Origin: Megamonas sp. UBA1796 | Lineage (GTDB): Bacteria > Bacillota > Negativicutes > Selenomonadales > Selenomonadaceae | Direction: 5' to 3' | DNA: 64,000 bases | Assembly: GCA_002319795.1 (NCBI GenBank) | Contig: DCFU01000046.1 | Span: 70,864-134,863 of the forward strand | Shown: in pieces, positions 1-9,818 of the stretch | Numbering within the stretch: the stretch's first letter is position 1 | Layout of the letters: each line of letters begins with the position of its first letter | Made by a program: the position numbers and the translations under genes | Notes under the pieces: generated by a model | Told to the model about the DNA's origin: nothing | What the model saw: the letters and a program-made list of their open reading frames with translations, nothing else | The model's database searches: none

Positions 1-643
1 TAATACCGATAATCTCACCATCCGGAGCAAAGTAAGAAGCGTTGATCGCTGCCACCGCACCTGTATCATCTGAAATGCCGCTGACCTTTTCACAGCCAAG
101 TATTTCTCCATTGGCAAGCGCCGGCTGCAATTTATAACGGCTGCGGTCGATTTCTAACAGATGTGCCGTAAGCATCCCCCGGCCATCCTTACGGATATAT
201 GTCGTATGTTTGAGTCCTGGTGCCGCATCCTCACTTGTCACACGCTCATATTCCTTAGGGATATCAATAAAGACACGCGCAGGATTCGCCAACTTTTGCA
301 CTGTATATGCAGCAGCCCCATTAAGCGAAATCGTCACACGCAGTTTATTTCCGACAGAAGCAAACGATACCTGCCGGATCATATCGCTTTTGATATCTGG
401 CCGACTGGCTATTGAGGCTGCTGTATCAGCAAACTCAATGACAATTTCTTTTCCATCCTCCGATTTGGTCACCGTATATTGTGGCGAACCGCTCAAATCA
501 AAAACAATACGGTCCCGTATTTCATTCCCATGAAAACGGATTCCCATAAGGCTTCCAGTCTGCGTAGCAGCCATAGCTGCTGCCTGCAGTACAAATATAA
601 AAATAAACGTTGCCACCACGGCTCTGCGAAAAATCAACCTCAT
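1..643 (-). CDS. Secreted AMIN-domain / phosphodiester-glycosidase-like protein. Only the N-terminal part is present; the gene runs off the left edge.
   Basis: I reverse-translated from the ATG at 643-641, which has a GGGGGA RBS upstream. The product starts with a signal peptide (MRLIFRRAVVATFIFIFVLQAAAMA). It continues with IRFHGNEIRDRIVFDL...ARVFIDIP (AMIN-like) and ends with AVAAINASYFAPDGEIIGI (NAGPA/DUF2233-like). The frame stays open to nt 1. The ORF track omits it because it is truncated. Confidence 0.55.
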   Translation of the reverse strand, partial: MRLIFRRAVVATFIFIFVLQAAAMAATQTGSLMGIRFHGNEIRDRIVFDLSGSPQYTVTKSEDGKEIVIEFADTAASIASRPDIKSDMIRQVSFASVGNKLRVTISLNGAAAYTVQKLANPARVFIDIPKEYERVTSEDAAPGLKHTTYIRKDGRGMLTAHLLEIDRSRYKLQPALANGEILGCEKVSGISDDTGAVAAINASYFAPDGEIIGI

Positions 644-705
644 CTCTATTTTCCCCCTAATAATATACCAGTATACATGATGGACATGAAAACCTCCTGT
701 GTAAG

Positions 706-737
706 AAAAAGCCCTCCCCCTTCATAAAGGGGAAGGC
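706..737 (-). terminator. Rho-independent terminator immediately after the flgJ-like gene
   Basis: On the minus strand a GC-rich hairpin (core CCCCTT/AAGGGG with partial extension) is followed by a T5 run, which is the reverse complement of the A-run at 706-710. It starts directly after the stop codon at 743-745. Confidence 0.5.
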
Positions 738-742
738 TTTCT

Positions 743-1174
743 TCATTTCTTGGCTCCCTGTATAGCGGCTCCGCTTTGCTGCTTCATCTGTCGATAAAGC
801 ATATCGGCAAGGCCAACTCCGCCAGAAGCCGCTGCCTGTTTCATAACTGCAGAATCCCTCATAGATTCCAAAATGTTATCCGCATTTGACTCACCAAAAA
901 GGCTGTCCTTGGGAACGGTTTCCCGCATCTGCTTATACATCATATCCATGAACATTTCCTCAAAACCTGTGCAGACCTCCCGAAGCTTCTTATCCTGTGC
1001 CGCAGATTTCTCTGCAGACACCGTTCCGGACGCTCCCTGTACATCATTTAAATTTGTCTGTGCCTTCTTCAGCACATCAGCAAACTGTGCAGCGTCAGCT
1101 GCCACTTTTGCGTTATCATAGGAGGTTTGTCCTGCAGTCGACTGTGCGGCTGCATTAATTGCATCCATCTGCAT
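743..1174 (-). CDS. flgJ: Flagellar rod-binding protein (single-domain FlgJ-like, Rod_binding family)
   Basis: The 143 aa product contains KKLREVCTGFEEMFMDMMYKQMRETVP...GLADMLYRQM, which is typical of the FlgJ N-terminal rod-binding domain. No muramidase domain is present. It lies directly downstream of flgI. Confidence 0.75.
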   Translation of the reverse strand: MQMDAINAAAQSTAGQTSYDNAKVAADAAQFADVLKKAQTNLNDVQGASGTVSAEKSAAQDKKLREVCTGFEEMFMDMMYKQMRETVPKDSLFGESNADNILESMRDSAVMKQAAASGGVGLADMLYRQMKQQSGAAIQGAKK

Positions 1175-1186
1175 AAGATCACCTCC

Positions 1187-2293
1187 CTAAATGATTTCCA
1201 AATCTGCGTGCAAGGCCCCAGATGCTTTTATAGCCTGCAGTATGGATATGATATCCCGCGGTGTTGCCCCTACCGCATTGAGTGCACCTACGATATCACT
1301 GATATTTGCCGTAGCTGGCAGCACAATCGTATTTGCCTTATCCTCTTTTACATTCACAGCCGTATTCTTGGTAACAATCGTACTTCCATAGCTGAACGGT
1401 GCCGGCTGGCTTACATCCGTATCCTTCTGAATACTGATTGAAAGTCCGCCCTGCGCAATAGCCACATCATCGACAGAAACATTTCCACCCATGACGATAG
1501 TGCCCGTACGCTCATTCACCACAACCTTCGCAGCATTGTCGGGTGTCACAGAAAGCTCTTCCAGACTGGATACGAAACCTACGATATTCCCCCGATAAAA
1601 AGACGGTACCGTCAAATCGATACGTCCCGGATTCGATGCCTTGGCTATACTGCCAAATTGTGAATTAATCGCCTGCGCAATACGGGAAGCTGTCGTAAAA
1701 TCGGGCTTCGATAACGAAAGGGATAACGCTCCATCTGTACCGATCTCATCCTCGACGTTATGCTCGACAATTGCACCGTTTGGCGTCGTACCGACTGTAG
1801 GGAAATTCTTTTGCGCCGAACTCCCCCCCTGACCTGCCGTGAAACCGCCTGTCGATACAGCCCCTTGTGCAACTGCGTAGACCGTGCCATTACCAGCCTT
1901 CAAAGGTGTTTGAACTAATGTCCCGCCCTGAATGCTCTTCGCATCACCAATAGAAGATATCGTAGTGTCTATGGTATCTCCCTCACGCACGAACGGCGGC
2001 AGTGTCGCCGTAACAAGAACAGCCGCCACATTCTTCGGTTTCAGGGACGTCGTATCAATGGCCACGCCAAAGGACTTCAACATATTCCCTATGGATTGTA
2101 ATGTCTCTATTGTTTTATTCGAATCGCCTGTGCCATTGAGTCCTACAACCAGCCCGTAACCTACAAGTTGGTTTGAACGTACTCCCTGCACTTTCGCAAT
2201 ATCCTTAATACGCGTAGTGGCGGATTCCGCAAAAGCAGTACCTGCCAAAAGCAGGCACAGTAAAACCGCCAGGAACGCTGTGATTTTTTTCAT
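1187..2293 (-). CDS. flgI: Flagellar P-ring protein FlgI
   Basis: The product has a signal peptide (MKKITAFLAVLLCLLLAGTAFA) followed by RIKDIAKVQGVRSNQLVGYGLVVGLNGTGD, the FlgI signature. I chose the ATG at 2293, which sits 7 nt after GGAGGG. The longer track ORF would overlap the flgH region. Confidence 0.95.
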   Translation of the reverse strand: MKKITAFLAVLLCLLLAGTAFAESATTRIKDIAKVQGVRSNQLVGYGLVVGLNGTGDSNKTIETLQSIGNMLKSFGVAIDTTSLKPKNVAAVLVTATLPPFVREGDTIDTTISSIGDAKSIQGGTLVQTPLKAGNGTVYAVAQGAVSTGGFTAGQGGSSAQKNFPTVGTTPNGAIVEHNVEDEIGTDGALSLSLSKPDFTTASRIAQAINSQFGSIAKASNPGRIDLTVPSFYRGNIVGFVSSLEELSVTPDNAAKVVVNERTGTIVMGGNVSVDDVAIAQGGLSISIQKDTDVSQPAPFSYGSTIVTKNTAVNVKEDKANTIVLPATANISDIVGALNAVGATPRDIISILQAIKASGALHADLEII

Positions 2294-2318
2294 ATCCATA
2301 CCCTCCAAATACGCAGTC

Positions 2319-2918
2319 TTAAAAAAGAATATTGAAGATCTGCGTGAGGATTCCCTGTCTCTGCTTGGCATTGAGAGGGCCCTTACCATCAAATTTCAGT
2401 GTAGCATTGGCAACCAATGAAGACGACACTGTATTTTTGGCTGATACATCATCCTGACGCACTACACCCTTGAGCGTAATTTTATGTTCATCACGATTCT
2501 GCCAAATAGACTGGGTCCCTTCAACCACCATATTGCCGTTTGGCTGTACCTCGGTAACGGTCACAGTCAGCTTACCAGTAACTGCATTCGCATCCTTCGC
2601 GGCCCCTGTGGCCTTAAAGCTGTCTGAGCCACTTGCCGAGGCGGCTACCAGAAAATCAAAAATCCCCGTACCAGCATTTAGAGTCTGACTACCAGACTTT
2701 GAATTCGTATTCGACTTCGTCGCTGTCGCTGTAGTCGATTCATTGATAACAATTGTAAGAATATCACCAACCTTCGAAGCCTTACGATCCGCAAAGATAT
2801 TTGAAGAAGATCCTCCATCATAAAGCCACAACGACTGCGCAAAGGCCTCTGTCGGTCCCCATACTGTCACCAAGCTCACAAAGCATAAGAGCACCACGCC
2901 TTTTACTATCCAGTTCAT
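2319..2918 (-). CDS. flgH: Flagellar L-ring protein FlgH
   Basis: The 199 aa product contains NIFADRKASKVGDILTIVINEST...GNMVVEGTQSIWQNRDEHKITLKGVVRQDDV, which are FlgH family motifs. It has an N-terminal signal peptide. Confidence 0.9.
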   Translation of the reverse strand: MNWIVKGVVLLCFVSLVTVWGPTEAFAQSLWLYDGGSSSNIFADRKASKVGDILTIVINESTTATATKSNTNSKSGSQTLNAGTGIFDFLVAASASGSDSFKATGAAKDANAVTGKLTVTVTEVQPNGNMVVEGTQSIWQNRDEHKITLKGVVRQDDVSAKNTVSSSLVANATLKFDGKGPLNAKQRQGILTQIFNILF

Positions 2919-2924
2919 ATCTCT

Positions 2925-3680
2925 TCACCCCGCATCACTCTGCAAAACCTCTACCGTCGCAGTATCTACGACTCGTGCCTGCAATATTTTACCTGACTTC
3001 ACATTACGCACACGAATCACCGCACCTACCCGCCCATGCTGCAAAGCTATGCCATCCATTTTGGCAAAGATACCATTCATCTTTGCCACGATAGCTACCT
3101 GCGCTCCGTTATCAAAGATAACCGGATTCCGAAGCATATTCTGGGTAAGCAAAGTTCCCTCACGTATAAGCTGATTTGGCACATGCCCCACTACATCAGC
3201 CGTTTTCGTAAAATATTTCGTCTGTATAGCCGCAATTTCACGCTCTTCCATGCGCAGATCCGCTTCTGTGAGCAATTGCTCTGGCACTAAATTATGAACT
3301 GCTATGGCAAGTGCTTCATATACATGTACGCGCACAGAACAAACACATTGGCGAAACGGCACACCATCAACGCTCACCGCAACATTGACGGGCATCATAC
3401 CCCCATAACGCAGACCATTGGGCAGAGAAACATCATAGCTCAACGCCCCCTCAGGCGTACGAAGTATACGTGGCACCCGTACGATATCAATCGTATGCCG
3501 CCGTTTTTCCCCTGCCTCGGAAAGTGCCTGCTCGACACGATCGGTAACTAAAGAAGCAAATATCGTCGACTCAATGGTTTGAGGATACAAGTCCTCTGTT
3601 GTCATACTATAGGCCTGAACGCCTGCCGGACAGAGCCACAACAAACTACCAAGAAACAATACCGCCAGACGCTTCATCAC
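2925..3680 (-). CDS. flgA: Flagellar basal-body P-ring formation chaperone FlgA
   Basis: The 251 aa product has a signal peptide and a C-terminal SAF-like region (GTLLTQNMLRNPVIFDNGAQVAIV...GRVGAVIRVRNVKSGKILQARVV). It sits between flgG and flgH. Confidence 0.8.
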   Translation of the reverse strand: MMKRLAVLFLGSLLWLCPAGVQAYSMTTEDLYPQTIESTIFASLVTDRVEQALSEAGEKRRHTIDIVRVPRILRTPEGALSYDVSLPNGLRYGGMMPVNVAVSVDGVPFRQCVCSVRVHVYEALAIAVHNLVPEQLLTEADLRMEEREIAAIQTKYFTKTADVVGHVPNQLIREGTLLTQNMLRNPVIFDNGAQVAIVAKMNGIFAKMDGIALQHGRVGAVIRVRNVKSGKILQARVVDTATVEVLQSDAG

Positions 3681-4471
3681 CGCTTCAGCCCATTCGCAAT
3701 CTCCAGCATGGAATCCGATGTAGTAATCGCCTTGGAATTCGTTTCATACGCACGCTGCGCGATAATCATATTGACCATTTCTTCGACAATCTGGACATTT
3801 GACATCTCAAGTGTACTCTGCATAAGCGTACCCGCACCATCTTCTCCCGGATTACCGTCAATAGCATCTCCCGAAGCATCCGAAGGAACAAAAAGATTCT
3901 TACCAACCGCGGTTAATCCCGAAGGATTTAAAAAACGTGACAGCGTAATCTGCCCAACCACATTCGAAGCCGTATTGCCAGCTGGCTTGTCCGAAACCTG
4001 CCCATCGCTGGCAATAACTATTGTATCACTCGGAGCCGTTGCATCAAGCTGGATATTATCTGCAAGCATATAACCATCCGTTGTGACCAGATTACGGTTC
4101 GAATCAATTTTCAAGCTTCCATCCCTCGTATAAGCTGTCGTACCATCCGGCAGTGTCACGCGAAAAAACCCGTCACCCTGAATAGCGACATCTGTCGGTA
4201 CCCCGGTGTTTTGTGCAGATCCCTGGGTAAAGATACGGTTGGTAGCCGACAAACGAGCGCCAAGACCCACCTGCAGCCCTGTAGGATATTGCGAATCCGC
4301 TCCGCTGGCAGCACCGGCATCACGCATAGTCTGATACATAAGATCCTGAAACTCCGCCCGTTGTTTCTTATTGCCCGTCGTATTAACATTCGCTATATTA
4401 TTTGAAATAACATCCATATGATCCTGCTGTGCCTCCATACCGGAAGCAGCCGACCAAAGAGCCCTCATCAT
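3677..4471 (-). CDS. flgG: Flagellar distal rod protein FlgG
   Basis: The N-terminus (MMRALWSAASGMEAQQDHMDVISNNIANVNTTG) and the C-terminus (LEMSNVQIVEEMVNMIIAQRAYETNSKAITTSDSML) are both typical of FlgG. Confidence 0.9.
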   Translation of the reverse strand: MMRALWSAASGMEAQQDHMDVISNNIANVNTTGNKKQRAEFQDLMYQTMRDAGAASGADSQYPTGLQVGLGARLSATNRIFTQGSAQNTGVPTDVAIQGDGFFRVTLPDGTTAYTRDGSLKIDSNRNLVTTDGYMLADNIQLDATAPSDTIVIASDGQVSDKPAGNTASNVVGQITLSRFLNPSGLTAVGKNLFVPSDASGDAIDGNPGEDGAGTLMQSTLEMSNVQIVEEMVNMIIAQRAYETNSKAITTSDSMLEIANGLKR

Positions 4472-4551
4472 AATACAAAATCTCCTGTCTGCTTAAAATT
4501 AAAATTGAATTCCTATTAAGATATATCGTAAAAAAAAACCAATCCCTTAAA

Positions 4552-5349
4552 TCAAGTCATTCTTCCCACTTCATTTACAGACTTATCAAGCATCGAATCC
4601 TGCGTCGTCACTGCTTTAGAGCCGGCTTCATACATGCGGTAATTATTAATGAGTGATACCATATCGGCAATCACATTGACATTGGAATGCTCCAGCATCC
4701 CCTGCTGAATCTCACCCGCAGCAGGCTGCGGCTGCGCACCATTCTGCGTATAGTATAGATTGTTCCCCTGCTTCAGTAAATTCCTGTTATCATTGAACTG
4801 CACAAATTGCAGCTGATCCACCTGCTGATGATTCACAAAAATCTCGCCTTTGGTCCCAAATTGTACATTCGTTGCATTCCCCGGCAGCGTAACAGGCCGT
4901 CCCTGCCTGTCTAATACGGCTTGTCCATCTACTGTCTCAAGCTGTCCTGCAGCCGAACGATAAAAATTCCCAGCACGTGTATAACGTACCCCCTGCGGTG
5001 TCTGTACAGCAAAGTAGCCCGAACCCGATATAGCGAGATCCAGCGGATTTCCCGTTATCTGCATGCTGCCCTGCGCAAAGTCTGTCGCAATACCTCGCGT
5101 ATAAGACCCAAGCCCAAGTTGCCCGACGACCGGAGCCTCTGTACCCACTGAAAAGCCCTTGAAGGAAGTCACATTATCCGCTGAATTATCATTGATTCGT
5201 CGAATGAGCATAGGCTCAAACTCTCCCGAAAGAGCCTGATCCTTCTTAAACGCCGTAGAACTTGCATTGGCAAGGTTATTTGCTATCGTATCCGTACGCG
5301 TCATTTCCGTAACCATCCCAGCTGCTGCCGTATAAAGGCCACGCCACAT
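4552..5349 (-). CDS. flgF: Flagellar proximal rod protein (FlgF / FlhO-like)
   Basis: The product has flagellar basal-body rod N- and C-terminal motifs (WRGLYTAAAGM...IANNLANASSTAFK and LEHSNVNVIADMVSLINNYRMYEA). I chose the ATG at 5349, 8 nt after GGAG. The track ORF begins at an upstream GTG. Confidence 0.8.
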   Translation of the reverse strand: MWRGLYTAAAGMVTEMTRTDTIANNLANASSTAFKKDQALSGEFEPMLIRRINDNSADNVTSFKGFSVGTEAPVVGQLGLGSYTRGIATDFAQGSMQITGNPLDLAISGSGYFAVQTPQGVRYTRAGNFYRSAAGQLETVDGQAVLDRQGRPVTLPGNATNVQFGTKGEIFVNHQQVDQLQFVQFNDNRNLLKQGNNLYYTQNGAQPQPAAGEIQQGMLEHSNVNVIADMVSLINNYRMYEAGSKAVTTQDSMLDKSVNEVGRMT

Positions 5350-5404
5350 CCCTATCACTCCATTATTTAAAATTTACCTTATAAATATTTATATATTCTC
5401 CATT

Positions 5405-6430
5405 TTATTTTAGTTTCCTATGGACATTTGTCGCTATACCATCGAACTTTCCTACGCATTCTAAAGCTTTGCCGGTACCCAAAGCCACACAGGACAATGG
5501 ATCATCGGCAAGACAAGTCGGTATCTGCGTCTCCCGGCGAATCAGTTCAGCAAGGCCATAAAGCATAGACCCTCCACCCGTAAGAACAATACCGCGATCC
5601 ATGATATCAGCTGCCAGCTCCGGTGGAGTTTCCTCCAACACCTTCTTCACACAATCCACAATGCTCGTAACCGACAGATGAAGTGCCTCGCTAATCTGAT
5701 CTGTCGTCACACAGATCGTTTTTGGCAGACCGGATAACATATCCCGGCCGCGTACCTCCATGTGTTCCTCGCGCGCCCCCTTAAACGCTGCCCCAATATT
5801 TATCTTGATATTCTCAGCGGTACGCTCACCAATCATAAGACTGAACTCACGTTTAATATAATCGATAATAGATTTGTCAAAAAGATCTCCAGCCACACGC
5901 AGGCTTGCACTCGTGACAGGCCCGCCCAGACTGATGACTGCAATATCCGTGGTACCTCCGCCGATATCTACAACCATCGAGCCGCACGGCTCTGAAATGT
6001 CGAGTCCTGCTCCCAATGCTGCCGCCAGAGGTTCTTCAATCAGCTGCGTATGCCGTGCACCCGCCTGTTCGGCAGCCTCCTGCACTGCACGCTGCTCCAC
6101 TTTCGTGACACCGGATGGAATGCATATCATAATACGTGGACGAAACACAAAACTATGTCCCATGACTTTTTCAATAAAATGCCGCAACATGCTCTCCGTA
6201 ATATCATAATCGGCTATGACCCCGTCGCGCAGAGGCCTTATAGCTACGATATTACCCGGTGTACGGCCAATCATGCGCCGTGCTTCTTCACCAACCGCCA
6301 ATACACGATTGGTGTCCCGGTCGATCGCCACAACCGAAGGTTCACGCAGAACAATCCCCTTGCCCTTTATATAAATAAGGACATTTGCCGTCCCCAGATC
6401 AATTCCTATATCAGTCCCAAAACCAAACAT
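5405..6430 (-). CDS. mbl: Rod-shape-determining actin homologue MreB/Mbl
   Basis: The product contains MFGFGTDIGIDLGTANVLIY...DIGGGTTDIAV...VLTGGGSML, the actin-fold MreB motifs. Its position upstream of the rod genes mirrors the B. subtilis mbl-flhO-flhP order. I chose the start at 6430. Confidence 0.9.
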   Translation of the reverse strand: MFGFGTDIGIDLGTANVLIYIKGKGIVLREPSVVAIDRDTNRVLAVGEEARRMIGRTPGNIVAIRPLRDGVIADYDITESMLRHFIEKVMGHSFVFRPRIMICIPSGVTKVEQRAVQEAAEQAGARHTQLIEEPLAAALGAGLDISEPCGSMVVDIGGGTTDIAVISLGGPVTSASLRVAGDLFDKSIIDYIKREFSLMIGERTAENIKINIGAAFKGAREEHMEVRGRDMLSGLPKTICVTTDQISEALHLSVTSIVDCVKKVLEETPPELAADIMDRGIVLTGGGSMLYGLAELIRRETQIPTCLADDPLSCVALGTGKALECVGKFDGIATNVHRKLK

Positions 6431-6617
6431 AAGTTGAAATTCCCCTTCCAAAACGAGTTAAAGGTAACCTGCACGCATCTACTTTTAATTATAGCGCATC
6501 CCAGACAATAAAAAATGAAAATTAATGTATAATAGAACTTTTTTACCGACATAATATAAATATAATATAAATCCAAAATCATTACAATAGAAATCCGGAA
6601 ATGAACCATGTTTTCCT

Positions 6618-6655
6618 AAAAAAAATAACAGCTCAGGCAAAAACCTGAGCTGTTA
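6618..6655 (-). terminator. Rho-independent terminator after sucD
   Basis: A 12 bp stem (TAACAGCTCAGG/CCTGAGCTGTTA) has a 6 nt loop. On the minus strand it is followed by a T8 run. Confidence 0.75.
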
Positions 6656-6673
6656 TTATTTCCTGCTATAAAA

Positions 6674-7576
6674 TTAGCAAGTATGACACTCGTCATAAAT
6701 ACCTGCTTTTTTGAGCGTACTTACGACTGTCTCACCGATATGAGCTACCGTATCAGCAACCTCGATGCCAACTGCATTAAGTGCCTTAATCTTATCAGCC
6801 GCAGTGCCCTTGCCGCCAGAAATGATTGCACCGGCATGGCCCATGCGTTTGCCCGGAGGCGCCTGACGACCACTAATGAAAGCAGCAACCGGCTTTTTCA
6901 TGTTGGCCTGAATCCATTTAGCAGCATCTTCCTCAGCCGTACCACCAATTTCGCCGATCATGAGAACAGACTTGGTATCGTCATCTTCATTAAACAGCTT
7001 GAGTGCATCAATAAAGTCCGTGCCCTTAATCGGATCACCGCCGATACCGATGGCCGTTGTCTGGCCTATACCAGCTGCAGAAAGCTGGAATGTAGCCTCA
7101 TATGTAAGTGTGCCAGAACGGGATATAACACCGACATGGCCTTTCTTATGGATATAGCCCGGGATGATACCAAGCTTGCACGCATCGGTTGTAAGGATTC
7201 CTGGGCAATTTGGTCCAACGAGGCGCGTCTTCTTGCCTTCCATATAACGACGAATCTTAATCATATCCATAACCGGGATATGCTCCGTGATGCAGACAAC
7301 GAGATCAAGGCCTGCGTCCACACCCTCGAGAATAGAATCTGCAGCAAACCGGGCCGGCACATAAACAACCGATGCTGTAGCACCAGTCGCATCCACTGCA
7401 TCCTTTACCGTATTGAATACCGGAACTCCCTCAACCATCTGGCCAGCCTTGCCCGGTGTAACGCCTGCAACGATCTTCGTGCCATATGCAAGCATCTGCT
7501 TCGTATGAAATGTTGCGGCCTTGCCCGTAATACCCTGGACAACTACCTTTGTATTTTTATCTACCAAAATTCCCAT
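6674..7576 (-). CDS. sucD: Succinyl-CoA synthetase (ADP-forming) alpha subunit
   Basis: The product contains [29 protein letters not shown]...SRSGTLTYE...MGHAGAII, including the phosphohistidine loop. I chose the start at 7576, after GGGAGG. Confidence 0.95.
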   Translation of the reverse strand: MGILVDKNTKVVVQGITGKAATFHTKQMLAYGTKIVAGVTPGKAGQMVEGVPVFNTVKDAVDATGATASVVYVPARFAADSILEGVDAGLDLVVCITEHIPVMDMIKIRRYMEGKKTRLVGPNCPGILTTDACKLGIIPGYIHKKGHVGVISRSGTLTYEATFQLSAAGIGQTTAIGIGGDPIKGTDFIDALKLFNEDDDTKSVLMIGEIGGTAEEDAAKWIQANMKKPVAAFISGRQAPPGKRMGHAGAIISGGKGTAADKIKALNAVGIEVADTVAHIGETVVSTLKKAGIYDECHTC

Positions 7577-7590
7577 TGTTACGGCCTCCC

Positions 7591-8787
7591 TCAAGCGTTC
7601 TTTTTAGCTTCTTCAACAAGTTTAACGATTTGCTCAGCGCCGCCCTCCATGGTCGGAGCCATAATTACATTTTTAATTGGCGTATCCTTGAGAATCTGAC
7701 GCCCTCTGTCAACATTCGTGCCCTCAAGGCGAACAACAACCGGCACCGGCATGCCCGCACCATCTTTAGCAATAATTTCCGCAGCTTTTACGATACCCTC
7801 AGCAACGAGATCGCACTTATTGATGCCACCGAAGATGTTGACGAAAATGCCTTTCGCCTGGCCACCCTCAAGCATAATCTGGAATGCTGTAGCAATTTTT
7901 TCCGGTGTGGAATCACCACCGACATCGAGGAAATTTGCCGGCTCGCCACCATAATATTTAATAATATCAACCGTAGCCATAGCCAGTCCTGCGCCGTTAA
8001 CCATGCAGGCAACATCGCCGCCGAGGTTAACATAGTTGAGGCCTTCCCTGGAAGCCCAAAGCTCCTTCGGATCTTCTTCTGTCTCATCACGGAGTGCTTC
8101 AATATCAGGATGACGGAAAAGTGCACTATCATCAAAGTTAAGTTTTGCATCAAGCGCAACAACATCATTTTCCTTCGTGACAACGAGCGGATTAATCTCA
8201 GCAATAGAACAATCCTTTGCTATGAACACCTTATAGAGGCCCATCATAAATGCCTGTGCCTTACGGATGGCCTCTGGCTTGAAATGCAAATTGTATGCCA
8301 TACGATTTGCCTGGAAAGAAGCCAGCCCAATAGCCGGATCAATATATTCCTTGAAAATCTTTTCCGGCATCTCAGCAGCAACCTTCTCGATTTCCATGCC
8401 GCCTTCTTGCGAACCCATCATAACAACTTTGCCAGTAACACGGTCGATAACGAAGCCCAGATAATATTCTTTTTCAATATTAGAACCTTCCTCAATGAGA
8501 AGACGATTAACCTTCTTGCCGTCCGGGCCCGTTTGTTTCGTTACGAGTATCTTGCCCAGAAGCTCAGTCGCATACTGCTTTACCTCATCAAGAGTTTTCG
8601 CAATTTTTACACCACCTGCTTTGCCACGACCGCCTGCATGGATCTGTGCCTTGACAACGCATACTTTCGAACTGAGACTCTTTGCAGCCTCTACCGCTTC
8701 CTCAACATTGAGTGCCGGTCTGCCGTTTGGTACATTGACACCAAACTCTCTGAGGATCTGCTTACTTTGGTATTCATGGATATTCAT
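7591..8787 (-). CDS. sucC: Succinyl-CoA synthetase beta subunit
   Basis: The product contains [20 protein letters not shown]...[16 protein letters not shown], an ATP-grasp SucC signature. It lies directly upstream of sucD. Confidence 0.95.
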   Translation of the reverse strand: MNIHEYQSKQILREFGVNVPNGRPALNVEEAVEAAKSLSSKVCVVKAQIHAGGRGKAGGVKIAKTLDEVKQYATELLGKILVTKQTGPDGKKVNRLLIEEGSNIEKEYYLGFVIDRVTGKVVMMGSQEGGMEIEKVAAEMPEKIFKEYIDPAIGLASFQANRMAYNLHFKPEAIRKAQAFMMGLYKVFIAKDCSIAEINPLVVTKENDVVALDAKLNFDDSALFRHPDIEALRDETEEDPKELWASREGLNYVNLGGDVACMVNGAGLAMATVDIIKYYGGEPANFLDVGGDSTPEKIATAFQIMLEGGQAKGIFVNIFGGINKCDLVAEGIVKAAEIIAKDGAGMPVPVVVRLEGTNVDRGRQILKDTPIKNVIMAPTMEGGAEQIVKLVEEAKKNA

Positions 8788-9021
8788 AGCTTTGCCTCCC
8801 TGTTAGATTTAGATCTTCGGGTATTATTTTTTATTACTTCTTACCGTTCAACGTATATTTTAACCTTTTTTCACGTTTTCGTCTACTATTTATTTGTAAT
8901 TATATAATTCGTACTTTTTATAAAAATTTGTGTAAATTCTCGCTATCGCCTATAATTTTCACTATTATGCTGCATTTTAGTAAAAAGTTTTTTATTTCAC
9001 AAATGATAAGATAAATTTCAT

Positions 9022-9711
9022 TTATTTTTGTCCATAATAAGCATGCGCACCATGCTTGCGCAGATAATGCTTATCAAGCAATGCCTGCTGCATTGGCTCC
9101 AGGCCAGCAGAAATTGTAACCGCATGATATGCCATGAAGGCAACCTCTTCCAGAACTACTGCTTTTTTAACTGCTGCGACCGGATTTTTTTCCCAAACAA
9201 AGGGACCATGTGAACAAACGAGTACCGCCGGAACATCCATCATATTTTTACCTCTGAAAGTCTCAACAATGACTTTACCAGTTTCTTTTTCATAGGAACC
9301 CTTAATTTCTTCATCCGTCATCGCACGCGTACAAGGAACCATACCATAAAAATCATCCGCATGCGTAGTCCCCAATGCCGGAATCGGCCGGCAGGCTTGT
9401 GCCCACGAAGTCGCATAGCGTGAATGCGTATGAACTACACCGCCTATACTTGCACAGGCTTTATATAACTCGATATGCGTATCTGTATCCGAAGATGGAT
9501 TATAGTCTCCCTCAACCACATTACCCTGGAGATCTACAACGACCATATCGGAAGCCTTCATTATTTTATAATCCACCCCGGATGGTTTTATGACCATAAG
9601 CCCCTTCACGCGATCAATACCCGAAACGTTGCCCCAGGTAAAAGTAACCATCCTGTATTCCGGCAACATCATATTCGCTTCATATACTTCCTGCTTTAAT
9701 TCTTCTAACAT
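9022..9711 (-). CDS. araD: L-ribulose-5-phosphate 4-epimerase
   Basis: The 229 aa product has class II aldolase/epimerase motifs ([10 protein letters not shown]...IKPSGVDY...[14 protein letters not shown]). It sits in the araBAD gene order. Confidence 0.9.
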   Translation of the reverse strand: MLEELKQEVYEANMMLPEYRMVTFTWGNVSGIDRVKGLMVIKPSGVDYKIMKASDMVVVDLQGNVVEGDYNPSSDTDTHIELYKACASIGGVVHTHSRYATSWAQACRPIPALGTTHADDFYGMVPCTRAMTDEEIKGSYEKETGKVIVETFRGKNMMDVPAVLVCSHGPFVWEKNPVAAVKKAVVLEEVAFMAYHAVTISAGLEPMQQALLDKHYLRKHGAHAYYGQK

Positions 9712-9747
9712 GTTCTATCCGCTCCTTTTCATGTGTGTAAATTTAAA

Positions 9748-9775
9748 CCAGGAGCAGTACAATCACTGCTCCTGG
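9748..9775 (-). other. Intra-operon stem-loop between araA and araD
   Basis: A perfect 11 bp stem (CCAGGAGCAGT/ACTGCTCCTGG) has a 6 nt loop. On the transcribed strand it is followed by TTTAAATTT, which is only a weak T-tract. Confidence 0.4.
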
Positions 9776-9818
9776 TAACAACGAGAACAAACACATATAT
9801 AAATAGTAGTGTATGTAC

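Noticed and set aside
7549-8907. A 452 aa plus-strand ORF antisense to sucC. Similar long antisense ORFs occur at 6683-7699 (opposite sucD), 13143-14183 (araR), 29610-30578 (pyrD-like), 55434-56534 (GH127/GPH) and 10293-11000 (araA).
   Set aside because: Each lies entirely opposite a gene with unmistakable family motifs. Their translations are low-complexity and rich in I/F/N/L/C/R, with no recognisable domain and no RBS. They are most likely stop-poor antisense frames produced by codon bias.
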